A stretch of DNA of 64,000 nucleotides from Elusimicrobiota bacterium (GTDB taxonomy: Bacteria; CG03; SLGR01; JBDRKX01): positions 129 through 64,128 of the forward strand of contig JBDRKX010000064.1 in the NCBI GenBank assembly GCA_043813605.1, written 5' to 3'. Under the pieces are notes generated by a model, which worked only from the letters and a program-made list of their open reading frames with translations, ran no database searches and was not told the DNA's origin. Within the stretch, counting starts at the first letter, position 1, and each line of letters begins with the position of its first letter. This document shows, one piece after another, positions 53,142 through 61,101 of the stretch. A program made the translations under genes and the position numbers.

Positions 53142-54785
53142 TTATACCGTAAATTCTACAGAATTCAAATTTCTGAATCCCAGTTTCAAAGGTACTGCAT
53201 TTGCCAGGATATTGAGTACGGCCAGCGCCGCTACAACAGCCGCGACAGAGGGATAGTATACAGCCATCCCCCTGTACCTGCTCATGAAATACATCCTTAT
53301 CCATACAGCTTCAAATGCTATAGTGAGCGCTACATAGAAAAAACTGTATATCATATACAGGATAGCTCCCCATGATGATTCCACTTCCGCAGGATTAACC
53401 GCGTCGAATTTCGGGAATAACGCTCCCATGCCTATACCCATCGAAGTCACTGTAACTGAAGCTACCATGACAGTAACGATCGATATTATGTTGAGTATTC
53501 CCGGAGGCTTGAGGATAATATTGGATACGGTAACAAGTATAGCTGCCATAAAAAACACAGGGACATAATTCTCTATATATTTCTGTATTAGTATCTTTTT
53601 CCGTTCCATAGGAGAAGTCAGGAGTATCCAGAAATACCTTCCCTCAAGGCTTATACTGCTGAAAGCGAACCTGAGCCCTACTGCGGCTATGACGGCTCCT
53701 ACCATTCCTATATTGGCAAAAGCCACAAAGTAATGGATATACGGAAGATCAAGCGGCATCTTGTATATGTTGACAATATATATAACTATCAGGGCAAAGA
53801 TAAGGACAAGCTGTGTCCACTGTCTTGTGTCCCTGAAAAATGTCTTTATGTCTTTAGCGAGTACGGCATTTTTCGGGAAATCACCTGTAATGAATCTTTT
53901 TTTTTCCTCACTCTGTACTTTCTCCCAGCTTTTATAGAAAAACCGCCCCGCGGAGAAATAGTATATTGTAACGAGCACTGCGGCAAACAGAGCCATAATA
54001 AAAAAAGGAAAGATCCAGCCCGCTCTGTTGTTTATAAAAGCTATCACAAGTTTACTTATCCAGAAAGAAGGGAGCATCGGTGTCTGCGGCAGTTCGAGAA
54101 TACTGAGATAAGAAGTCGCGATACTTTCCTGGCCCGGCCTGAGTATCTGTTCCAGGTTAAGGAACCTGAAAAGCATGTACATTGAAGTCCCGAGTACAAC
54201 GAAACCTGTTATAAGCATATCCCTTATCTTGCGCGCGGGGAAAAGGCGGACAATACCGGTAACGATTATAAGACCTACCGAAGCTGATGATAAAAAATAG
54301 AACAGGAATGCAGGAATCATGAAAACATAGCTTACGGCAGAGAGCCTGAAGATCAACTGGAGTACGCCCAAAAGCGGTATCAGTATTATAAAACTCATCC
54401 AGGATGAGTGGAAAGCTGTCTGAACAAGTTTACCTAAAAGAACGCCGCCCCAGTCAAAGGGGGAGACTATCAGAAAATTATTATCACGCGAAAGGAAAAG
54501 TGTAGAAAAAGCTGTGATCACACTTGAATATATAAGCATTATAAACAGCGACAACAGGACCATTCCTATCACCCTGCCGACAAGCGCCATACCTACTATG
54601 GGTGTGTCCTTTATATAGTTTATGACACGATAGAATCCGACAAAAAGAAGAGACATAAAAAAACCGGCGAACATAACCGCGGCAATGAATTTTACCCTGT
54701 ACCTGAAAATACGCTTTATATCGTGCAGGAGTTCTCTTAACCAGATATCAAGAAAAATCTTCAAGGAATAAAAAGGTTCACGCAT
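53142..54785 (-). CDS. ABC-transporter permease-like polytopic membrane protein (ABC-2-type)
   Basis: It is 547 aa with 12 or more TM helices. Its start overlaps the upstream ABC ATPase gene by 8 nt. Confidence 0.5.
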   Translation of the reverse strand: MREPFYSLKIFLDIWLRELLHDIKRIFRYRVKFIAAVMFAGFFMSLLFVGFYRVINYIKDTPIVGMALVGRVIGMVLLSLFIMLIYSSVITAFSTLFLSRDNNFLIVSPFDWGGVLLGKLVQTAFHSSWMSFIILIPLLGVLQLIFRLSAVSYVFMIPAFLFYFLSSASVGLIIVTGIVRLFPARKIRDMLITGFVVLGTSMYMLFRFLNLEQILRPGQESIATSYLSILELPQTPMLPSFWISKLVIAFINNRAGWIFPFFIMALFAAVLVTIYYFSAGRFFYKSWEKVQSEEKKRFITGDFPKNAVLAKDIKTFFRDTRQWTQLVLIFALIVIYIVNIYKMPLDLPYIHYFVAFANIGMVGAVIAAVGLRFAFSSISLEGRYFWILLTSPMERKKILIQKYIENYVPVFFMAAILVTVSNIILKPPGILNIISIVTVMVASVTVTSMGIGMGALFPKFDAVNPAEVESSWGAILYMIYSFFYVALTIAFEAVWIRMYFMSRYRGMAVYYPSVAAVVAALAVLNILANAVPLKLGFRNLNSVEFTV

Positions 54786-55539
54786 CTTTTGTTATAGAAA
54801 GGTATATACTTTCAAGATCACCCGGAGAATCCTCTCCGGCAGCCGCATCTTTCTTACGGGCGACCTCTCTCAGTTCATCTATCGTACCGCATACTGAGAG
54901 TTTCCCCCTGTTTATTATCGCGATCCTGCTACAGAGCTCTTCCGCGTCCGTGAGTGTATGCGTAGAAAGAAAAATAGTCTTGTTTTCTCCTGCGAGTTTT
55001 TTAAAAATATCTTTTACCATCCTGGCTGCTTCAGGATCAAGTCCGACCATAGGTTCATCAAGTATTATTATATCGGGATCCCTCAATATCACTGAAGCAA
55101 GAAGAAGCCTCTGTCTCAGGCCGTGCGAATATGAATCTATCAGATCATGCGCTATTTCACGCAGATTGAATATCAATAGCTGCCGGTTGATCTCGTCATC
55201 AATACCGCTCCTATCGATCCTGTATATCCGCGTAATGAACTTCATAAACTCCCAGCCTGTAAGTTTTTCGTATATATACGGAACATCCGGGAGCAGAGAG
55301 AACTTTTTCTTGGCTTCTAACGGATCAAGCTGGACATCGATGCCTTCTATGAGTATCCTCCCGCATGTCGGTTTGAGGAGTCCCGTAACCAGCTTTATGG
55401 AAGTTGTCTTACCGGCGCCATTCGGTCCGAGGAGGCCGAATATCTCGCCTCTGAATATTTCAAGGTTCAGATCTTTCAAAGCCAGGCAATCGCCGAACCT
55501 TTTGCTCACATTTTCAATTTTTATTGACGGTGTCTGCAT
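54778..55539 (-). CDS. ABC transporter ATP-binding protein
   Basis: Walker A: GPNGAGKTT. Signature: LSHGLRQRL. Walker B: IIILDEP. An AGGAG ribosome-binding site is present. Confidence 0.85.
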   Translation of the reverse strand: MQTPSIKIENVSKRFGDCLALKDLNLEIFRGEIFGLLGPNGAGKTTSIKLVTGLLKPTCGRILIEGIDVQLDPLEAKKKFSLLPDVPYIYEKLTGWEFMKFITRIYRIDRSGIDDEINRQLLIFNLREIAHDLIDSYSHGLRQRLLLASVILRDPDIIILDEPMVGLDPEAARMVKDIFKKLAGENKTIFLSTHTLTDAEELCSRIAIINRGKLSVCGTIDELREVARKKDAAAGEDSPGDLESIYLSITKDA

Positions 55540-56386
55540 TTTCTCCTAACCATTTTAATGGATCGACAGGTACTGAGTTGACATAGATTCCCCAGTGAAG
55601 ATGCGGGCCTGTCGCAAGCCCGCTGTTTCCCAGGTGACCGATAAGCTGCCCTCTTTCCATCCTGTCCCCTTCCTTAATATATATGTCTTTAAGATGTATA
55701 TATATTGATACGATCCCAAGTCCGTGATCTATTATCACGGTTTTTCCGTGCATGTTAAAATCATTCCGGGCAAGCAACACTTCCCCTGCCGCAGGTGCGT
55801 TTATAGCGCTCCCCATGCCGCCGGCTATATCTACTCCTCTATGAACCCATAGTATTTCCCCCGCGCTTCTCCTTGTGGCGCCGAAAACGCCGGATATCCT
55901 TCCTTTTACCGGGATATCAAAATCCCCTGTCCAGTATTTCCTCTTAGTCCTCGCAGCGTAAGCTTCATCAATGAATTTTCTTTCCCTCATACTGTCCGCA
56001 GCCGTGATCTTGCTCTTTTTTTCAGGTGTAAATTCAAGATAGTCTACAGGAAACGATGTTTCTGAAACTTCGACATGTATATCTATTCTTTTATTTTCTT
56101 TACCGCGCTTGAGCTCATGTACTTCGATCGTGTACGCACCCGGTTCTGTCCCGAAGGGTACGCCGGCGTAACACTCCAGAACGCCGCCTGTTTCATAGAA
56201 AGGCAGTACGCTGTCCCATAATGTAACGGTATAATCCCTTTTCTTGCTGAATTCATCGATCTTAAAATGCAGAGTGTCACCGACAGTACATACTTTCCTG
56301 CTGCATTGGACATTGAACGCCTGAAGATTAGCGGGCAATACCAGAGCTGTCAGGAACAGTAGAATGACTTTTTTCTTTTTATAAAT
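55514..56386 (-). CDS. M23 (LytM-type) metallopeptidase. The signal peptide lies upstream of the first canonical start codon.
   Basis: HRGVDIAGGMGSAINAPAAGEV...TVIIDHGLGIVSIYIHL...GHLGNSGLATGPHLHWG is the M23 signature. In frame upstream of the reported TTG at 56338 lies IYKKKKVILLFLTALVLPANLQA, a textbook signal peptide. An ATT at 56386 is preceded by AAGGGGAGAGG. Confidence 0.7.
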   Translation of the reverse strand: MYKKKKVILLFLTALVLPANLQAFNVQCSRKVCTVGDTLHFKIDEFSKKRDYTVTLWDSVLPFYETGGVLECYAGVPFGTEPGAYTIEVHELKRGKENKRIDIHVEVSETSFPVDYLEFTPEKKSKITAADSMRERKFIDEAYAARTKRKYWTGDFDIPVKGRISGVFGATRRSAGEILWVHRGVDIAGGMGSAINAPAAGEVLLARNDFNMHGKTVIIDHGLGIVSIYIHLKDIYIKEGDRMERGQLIGHLGNSGLATGPHLHWGIYVNSVPVDPLKWLGENADTVNKN

Positions 56387-57732
56387 CGTCCTCTCCCCTT
56401 TTCAGCGGTCAGCGCTCCTTCCCTGAATATTATCTCACCGCGGGAAATAGTCGTATTGACAGAACCTGCTGTTTCTGTTTCTTCATAAGGAGACCAGTCG
56501 CAGTTTGAATATGTTTCTGCTGAACTGATCCGGGAAGTCCCTTCAGGATCAATTATGACTATATCCGCTTCAGAACCTTCCCGCAGAGTACCTTTCTCAG
56601 GGTAAAACCCGAATATCTTCGCGGGAGCAGTTGACATCATACCGGAAAGACTTTCTATCCTTACATCACGCTTTGTAACACCTTCGCTGAACATCAGAGA
56701 CAGTGAAGTCTCTACACCCGGCAGGCCAAAGGGTATTCTCCTGAAATCCCCGCTATTAACTTCTTTCTGTGAACGCATGAACGGACAATGGTCCGTTCCG
56801 ATAACATCTATATTTCCCTCAAGGACACCTCTCCAAAGTTCATAATTGTCCTGTTTCTTCCTGATGGGAGGACAGCAGGCAAAGAGAAATCCGTCGTCCC
56901 TGTTATAACAATCGTCCGAAAGCAGAAGATAGTGAGGACAAGTCTCAGCATAGATATTATTTCCTTTTCTTTTCAGTTCCCTGACAGCGAGCATAGCCTT
57001 TCCTGTACTGATATGACATATATAAACGGGTGCGCCGGCTTCTTCTGCGAGAAGAGAAGCCCTGAGCAGAGCTTCCTTTTCTATGAAATCCGGCCGGGCA
57101 CCGGGATAATCACTTATAGATGTCTTTCCCTGGGAAACAAGTTTTTCAGTAAAATACCGGGCAAGCTGAGAATTCTCTGCATGCACCATTACAAGGCTTT
57201 TGATTACAGCCGATTGTCTGAGCGCTTCGTATAAACCGCTGTCTCCCACACCCCACCCTTCAGTAGCCGGCATAAAGATCTTGAAGCTGGATACGCCTTC
57301 TTCGACAGTTCTCTCCATATCTGTCTTCGTTTTCTCATCCCACCCGTTTATCTGCGCGTGAAACGAAAAATCGATAACAGATTTTGAGTCAGCAGACGCT
57401 TTTTTTTCTGTTATCCTGTCAATCATGGTCTGACCTTCTTTAGGTATTGCGAAATCTATTATGGTGGTCACACCGCCCGCGGCAGCGGCACAGGAACCGG
57501 AATGAAAATCATCACTGGAAACCGTACCGTATGCCGGGAGTTCAAGATGAACATGCGGATCGATTATCCCGGGCATAGTATACATGTTCTCGGCTATTAT
57601 CTCGATGGCATCATCAGGATTATCTATTACCGGTGCGATCTTCTCGATCTTGCCGCCCGTTACCAATAGATCAGCCGGCTGAATACCGTCTTCGGTAACC
57701 AGCCGGCTTCCTTTGATTAATATTTTTTTCAT
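56350..57732 (-). CDS. Dihydropyrimidinase / D-hydantoinase-type cyclic amidohydrolase
   Basis: GIIDPHVHLELP...(carboxylated-Lys region)...VHAEN...GTDHCPF are the cyclic amidohydrolase metal ligands. It is 460 aa. Confidence 0.8.
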   Translation of the reverse strand: MKKILIKGSRLVTEDGIQPADLLVTGGKIEKIAPVIDNPDDAIEIIAENMYTMPGIIDPHVHLELPAYGTVSSDDFHSGSCAAAAGGVTTIIDFAIPKEGQTMIDRITEKKASADSKSVIDFSFHAQINGWDEKTKTDMERTVEEGVSSFKIFMPATEGWGVGDSGLYEALRQSAVIKSLVMVHAENSQLARYFTEKLVSQGKTSISDYPGARPDFIEKEALLRASLLAEEAGAPVYICHISTGKAMLAVRELKRKGNNIYAETCPHYLLLSDDCYNRDDGFLFACCPPIRKKQDNYELWRGVLEGNIDVIGTDHCPFMRSQKEVNSGDFRRIPFGLPGVETSLSLMFSEGVTKRDVRIESLSGMMSTAPAKIFGFYPEKGTLREGSEADIVIIDPEGTSRISSAETYSNCDWSPYEETETAGSVNTTISRGEIIFREGALTAEKGRGRFIKRKKSFYCS

Positions 57733-57762
57733 ACCGCTTCTGTCAGATTATCAGCATGAAGC

Positions 57763-58131
57763 TTAAATGCGTATTACCTCTTCTATAGCCCGGGAAACCC
57801 TGTTATCCTGGTCGGCGATTATCAGTTTGACCGTATGCTCAGTATTTTCTTCGGCCCAGAGCGATGAAAAAACAATGAGCCTGTCACCAATCTTGCCTTT
57901 ACGGGCGGCACCGCCGTTGAGTCCGACATACCCTGATCCTCTTTCGGCTTCGATGACATACGTCTCGAACCGCTCTCCGTTATCTATATTGATGACCATC
58001 ACCATTTCAAATATACCGATTCCCGCCGCGTCTATCAGGTCCCTGTCTAAAGTTATACTGCCGGTATAATCCACATTAGCTTCTTTTACCCTTATCCCGT
58101 GTATCTTTGATCTGAGAAATTTTCTATACAT
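57763..58131 (-). CDS. panD: Aspartate 1-decarboxylase
   Basis: MYRKFLRSKIHGIRVKEANVDYTGSITLDRDLIDAAGI...FETYVIEAERGSGYVGLNGGAAR carries the pyruvoyl-enzyme G-S cleavage context (YTGS). It is 122 aa. Confidence 0.8.
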   Translation of the reverse strand: MYRKFLRSKIHGIRVKEANVDYTGSITLDRDLIDAAGIGIFEMVMVINIDNGERFETYVIEAERGSGYVGLNGGAARKGKIGDRLIVFSSLWAEENTEHTVKLIIADQDNRVSRAIEEVIRI

Positions 58132-58140
58132 GATACTGTT

Positions 58141-59096
58141 TTATTTATTATATACTCCCATATGCCGGAATTTCTGGTACCTGCTATTCACAAGGTTCTC
58201 CGGTTTAGTCCTCTTCAGTACTCCAAGATGATACACTATCCTTTCTTTGAGTATATCAAACATATTTTCATAATTCCAATGCGCCCCGCCAAGAGGTTCT
58301 TTTATTATCTCGTCTATAATTCCCAGTTTCATCAGGTCTTTTGGAGTCAACCTCATTGTTTCTGCCGCCTGTTCCGCTTTGGAAGAGTCCCGCCACAGGA
58401 TCGCGCTGCATGCTTCCGGAGTGCACACAAAGTATACCGCGTTTTCCAGCATAAGTATCCTGTCACCGACGGCTATACCAAGAGCGCCGCCCGAACCGCC
58501 TTCTCCTATGATGACCACTACCACCGGTACACGCAGTCCCGCCATTTCCTTGAGATTTGTTGCTATAGCTTCCGCCTGTCCGCGTTCTTCCGCTTCTATA
58601 CCGCAATATGCTCCTGGAGTATCAACAAAAGTAACAACCGGAAACCCGAATTTTTCAGCCAGTTTCATAAGTCTCAGCCCTTTCCGGTACCCCTCAGGAT
58701 GCGACATACCGTAATTTCTTTTCTGGCTTTCCTCTATGGTCCTGCCTTTCTGATTTCCGACGACCATTATGGTACTATTGCGTAACGAAGCAAGCCCTCC
58801 GATGATAGCATGGTCATCAGCAAATTTTCTGTCACCGTGAAATTCTATGAAATCATCAAATATACCTTTGATATAATCATCAGTATAAGGCCTCATGGGA
58901 TGCCTGGCTAATTGCACCTTCTGCCACGGAGTCATGCCGGAAAATATTTTTTTTGTCAGTAACTTCTTTTTATTGACAAGTTCTTTTATCTTATCCGGAG
59001 CGGCGCCGGATGCCACGCATTTATCTATCTTGTCAGATATCTCTACTATCGGTTTTCAAAATCCGGATACTGCCGTTTACTTTTTACTGCAGACAT
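58141..59096 (-). CDS. accA: Acetyl-CoA carboxylase carboxyltransferase alpha subunit. The 5' end is split by a 1-nt deficit in an A4 run.
   Basis: Downstream: LTKKIFSGMTPWQKVQLARHPMRPYT...GMSHPEGYRKGLRLMKLAEKFGFPVVTFVDTPGAY...IGEGGSGGAL. Upstream of the reported GTG at 59016, one frame reads *KPIVEISDKIDK and another reads ATG-MSAVKSKRQYPDFEN*. Together these form the conserved AccA N-terminus (xDFEKPIxELExKI) if the A-run at 59053-59056 gains one A. Confidence 0.75.
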
Positions 59097-59099
59097 TTC

Positions 59100-59807
59100 T
59101 CAAAACTCTCCCGAGTAATTGATCCGTATGATCCTTTCAGTAGCGATACGCTCTCCTATATCCAGTACGGAGAACTCAAAATCGAGTTGATGGTTGACCA
59201 TATATTTTGCGCCGAAATTAAAGTAACTGTCCCAAGTGGTTATCTCCTTGACCTCCGCAAGCAGCATAAACTCGGGGCCGAGCATAAAATCAGCATTACA
59301 GAAACCTTTAAGCTTTTTCTCCGCATCTTTTTGAAAATTATAGTTTGCATTCGCGCCGAGGCTGAAATTCAAGCCTGTCATGAAACTCGTTTTTGTGAAA
59401 ACCATAAAGAACCCGGTCGGTGGGATCATGTACTCTTCGTCATCTTCGTTATAATCTCCCAGACCCTGTTCATCAAACCCTATGCTTATTGCCGGCCATT
59501 TTCTGCTTCCGGGGTATAACGGTATCTTTATATATAAAAAAGGACGGCGGGGTTTCACCTCTCCGCTGCCTACAACATTCTCCGCATCAAAACTCAGGCC
59601 AAGAGTCAGGTTTGTCACTATTATGCCGTAGTAGAGCCGCGTAAGGAGTGACCCTTCATCATACAGCCTGATAGCTATCGTGTACGATCCGAGTTCCTTT
59701 GATGTAGCTGTCGGAGTATCTATAACTTCTATTATCTGCTGTTCAGCTGTCAGCGATGCCGTCAGCATACAGACCGCCGTTAATACCATATAAAAACATC
59801 TTTTCAT
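59100..59807 (-). CDS. Putative outer-membrane beta-barrel protein
   Basis: It has a signal peptide (MKRCFYMVLTAVCMLTASLTA), alternating amphipathic strands, and a C-terminal ...RINYSGEF with an aromatic terminal residue. Confidence 0.4.
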   Translation of the reverse strand: MKRCFYMVLTAVCMLTASLTAEQQIIEVIDTPTATSKELGSYTIAIRLYDEGSLLTRLYYGIIVTNLTLGLSFDAENVVGSGEVKPRRPFLYIKIPLYPGSRKWPAISIGFDEQGLGDYNEDDEEYMIPPTGFFMVFTKTSFMTGLNFSLGANANYNFQKDAEKKLKGFCNADFMLGPEFMLLAEVKEITTWDSYFNFGAKYMVNHQLDFEFSVLDIGERIATERIIRINYSGEF

Positions 59808-59875
59808 AATATTTATATCAATTCCTCCTTATCGTGCCGTTTAATCAGTTCAGCAGACTTATCAGCTGAATCAGC

Positions 59876-61081
59876 CTATATCCTGGGAGCGCGCAATCTT
59901 GCGGCGCCTCCCATGAAACCGCTTCCTAACAGCGGCCACAAATATTTCTTAAATTTCATGGTAACGTTGTTACCTTCGCTGTTGATAAATTCGTCAGGCA
60001 TATGCCTGGTCTTTGCCGCAACTTCATCAAGTGCTACCAGCCTGTATTCCACGGCATAATTGCCTATACGGTTTATTGTTATCGAGCCGTCAGCACCCCG
60101 GCCGGCTGCATATTTAAGCGCCATTTCTCCGACTTCCCGCGCTTCTATCTGATCCACATTACTTACACATGCCCGGAAAGATCTCTGCAGATACCCGAAA
60201 GTATCCGCCCTCACCCTGCTTATGCTTGTATTGTTCTTGATATGGTCTTTTAATGAATCGCCAAGAGAACCTGAACCTGAAAGCTGTATATTGCCGTGTG
60301 CATCTTTTTCAAGGTTTTCCTGGAACTTGGCAGCTATTGCAGTCCCGGCGCCGTCCTGTATGCCTTCTGAAACAGCCACCACGCACCTGCCGTATTTTGC
60401 ATAAACAGCTTCAACATCCTTAAGGAACTTATCGGTATCAAAAGCCCTTTCAGGAAGATATATGAGGTGAGGCCCGCTGTCTTCATATTTTTGCGCCATA
60501 CAGCTGGCAGCCGTCAGAAATCCCGCATGCCTTCCCATTATTACGGCTATATAGACTCCCGGCAGGGCTCTGTTATCCATGTCGAGACCTACAAAAGATT
60601 CGGCTACAAACCTTGCCGCAGACGGATATCCGGGCGTGTGGTCGTTAAGGACAAGGTCATTATCGACCGTTTTAGGTATATGAACGGTTCTTATCTCGTA
60701 ATCGGAATCAGCGGAGAACTCCTTAACCAGCCTGAGAGTATCCGAAGAATCATTGCCGCCTATGTAGAAAAAATACCTTATATCATGTTTCTTCAGTACC
60801 TCGAATATCCTGCCGCAGTATTCCTTATCCGGTTTATCCCGTGTTGAGAGCAGTGCTGCCGCCGGTGATTTAGCTACCTGTAAAAGATTGTTAGTCGTCT
60901 CTTCTGTCAGGTCGAGTATGTTTTCATTGACAATACCGCTCACTCCGTTAAGCGCACCGTAAACTTTTTCTATCTGAGGGTATTTCTTTGCTTCCAGCAC
61001 AGCACCGGCAAGCGACTGGTTTATTACTGCAGTAGGGCCCCCCCCCTGCGCTATCAGAAGTTTACCGTTTAACTTTTCCAT
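59876..61081 (-). CDS. Phosphofructokinase-family protein, long form (possibly PPi-dependent)
   Basis: LLIAQGGGPTAVINQSLAGAV...IRYFFYIGGNDSSDT...HIPKTVDNDL is present. It is 401 aa. The Asp-to-Asn change in GGDGS to GGNDS and the length are more typical of PPi- or group III PFKs than of PfkA. Confidence 0.7.
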   Translation of the reverse strand: MEKLNGKLLIAQGGGPTAVINQSLAGAVLEAKKYPQIEKVYGALNGVSGIVNENILDLTEETTNNLLQVAKSPAAALLSTRDKPDKEYCGRIFEVLKKHDIRYFFYIGGNDSSDTLRLVKEFSADSDYEIRTVHIPKTVDNDLVLNDHTPGYPSAARFVAESFVGLDMDNRALPGVYIAVIMGRHAGFLTAASCMAQKYEDSGPHLIYLPERAFDTDKFLKDVEAVYAKYGRCVVAVSEGIQDGAGTAIAAKFQENLEKDAHGNIQLSGSGSLGDSLKDHIKNNTSISRVRADTFGYLQRSFRACVSNVDQIEAREVGEMALKYAAGRGADGSITINRIGNYAVEYRLVALDEVAAKTRHMPDEFINSEGNNVTMKFKKYLWPLLGSGFMGGAARLRAPRI

Positions 61082-61101
61082 ATCCGCTCCTTTTCTGTAT
61101 C

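Noticed and set aside
55514-57732. Possibility that the hydantoinase and M23 genes are joined by programmed frameshifting in the A-rich KKKK region
   Set aside because: A frameshift there would fuse the hydantoinase C-terminus to a signal peptide, which is biologically senseless. A Shine-Dalgarno-like AAGGGGAGAGG precedes an ATT codon, so an independent non-canonical start is the simpler reading.
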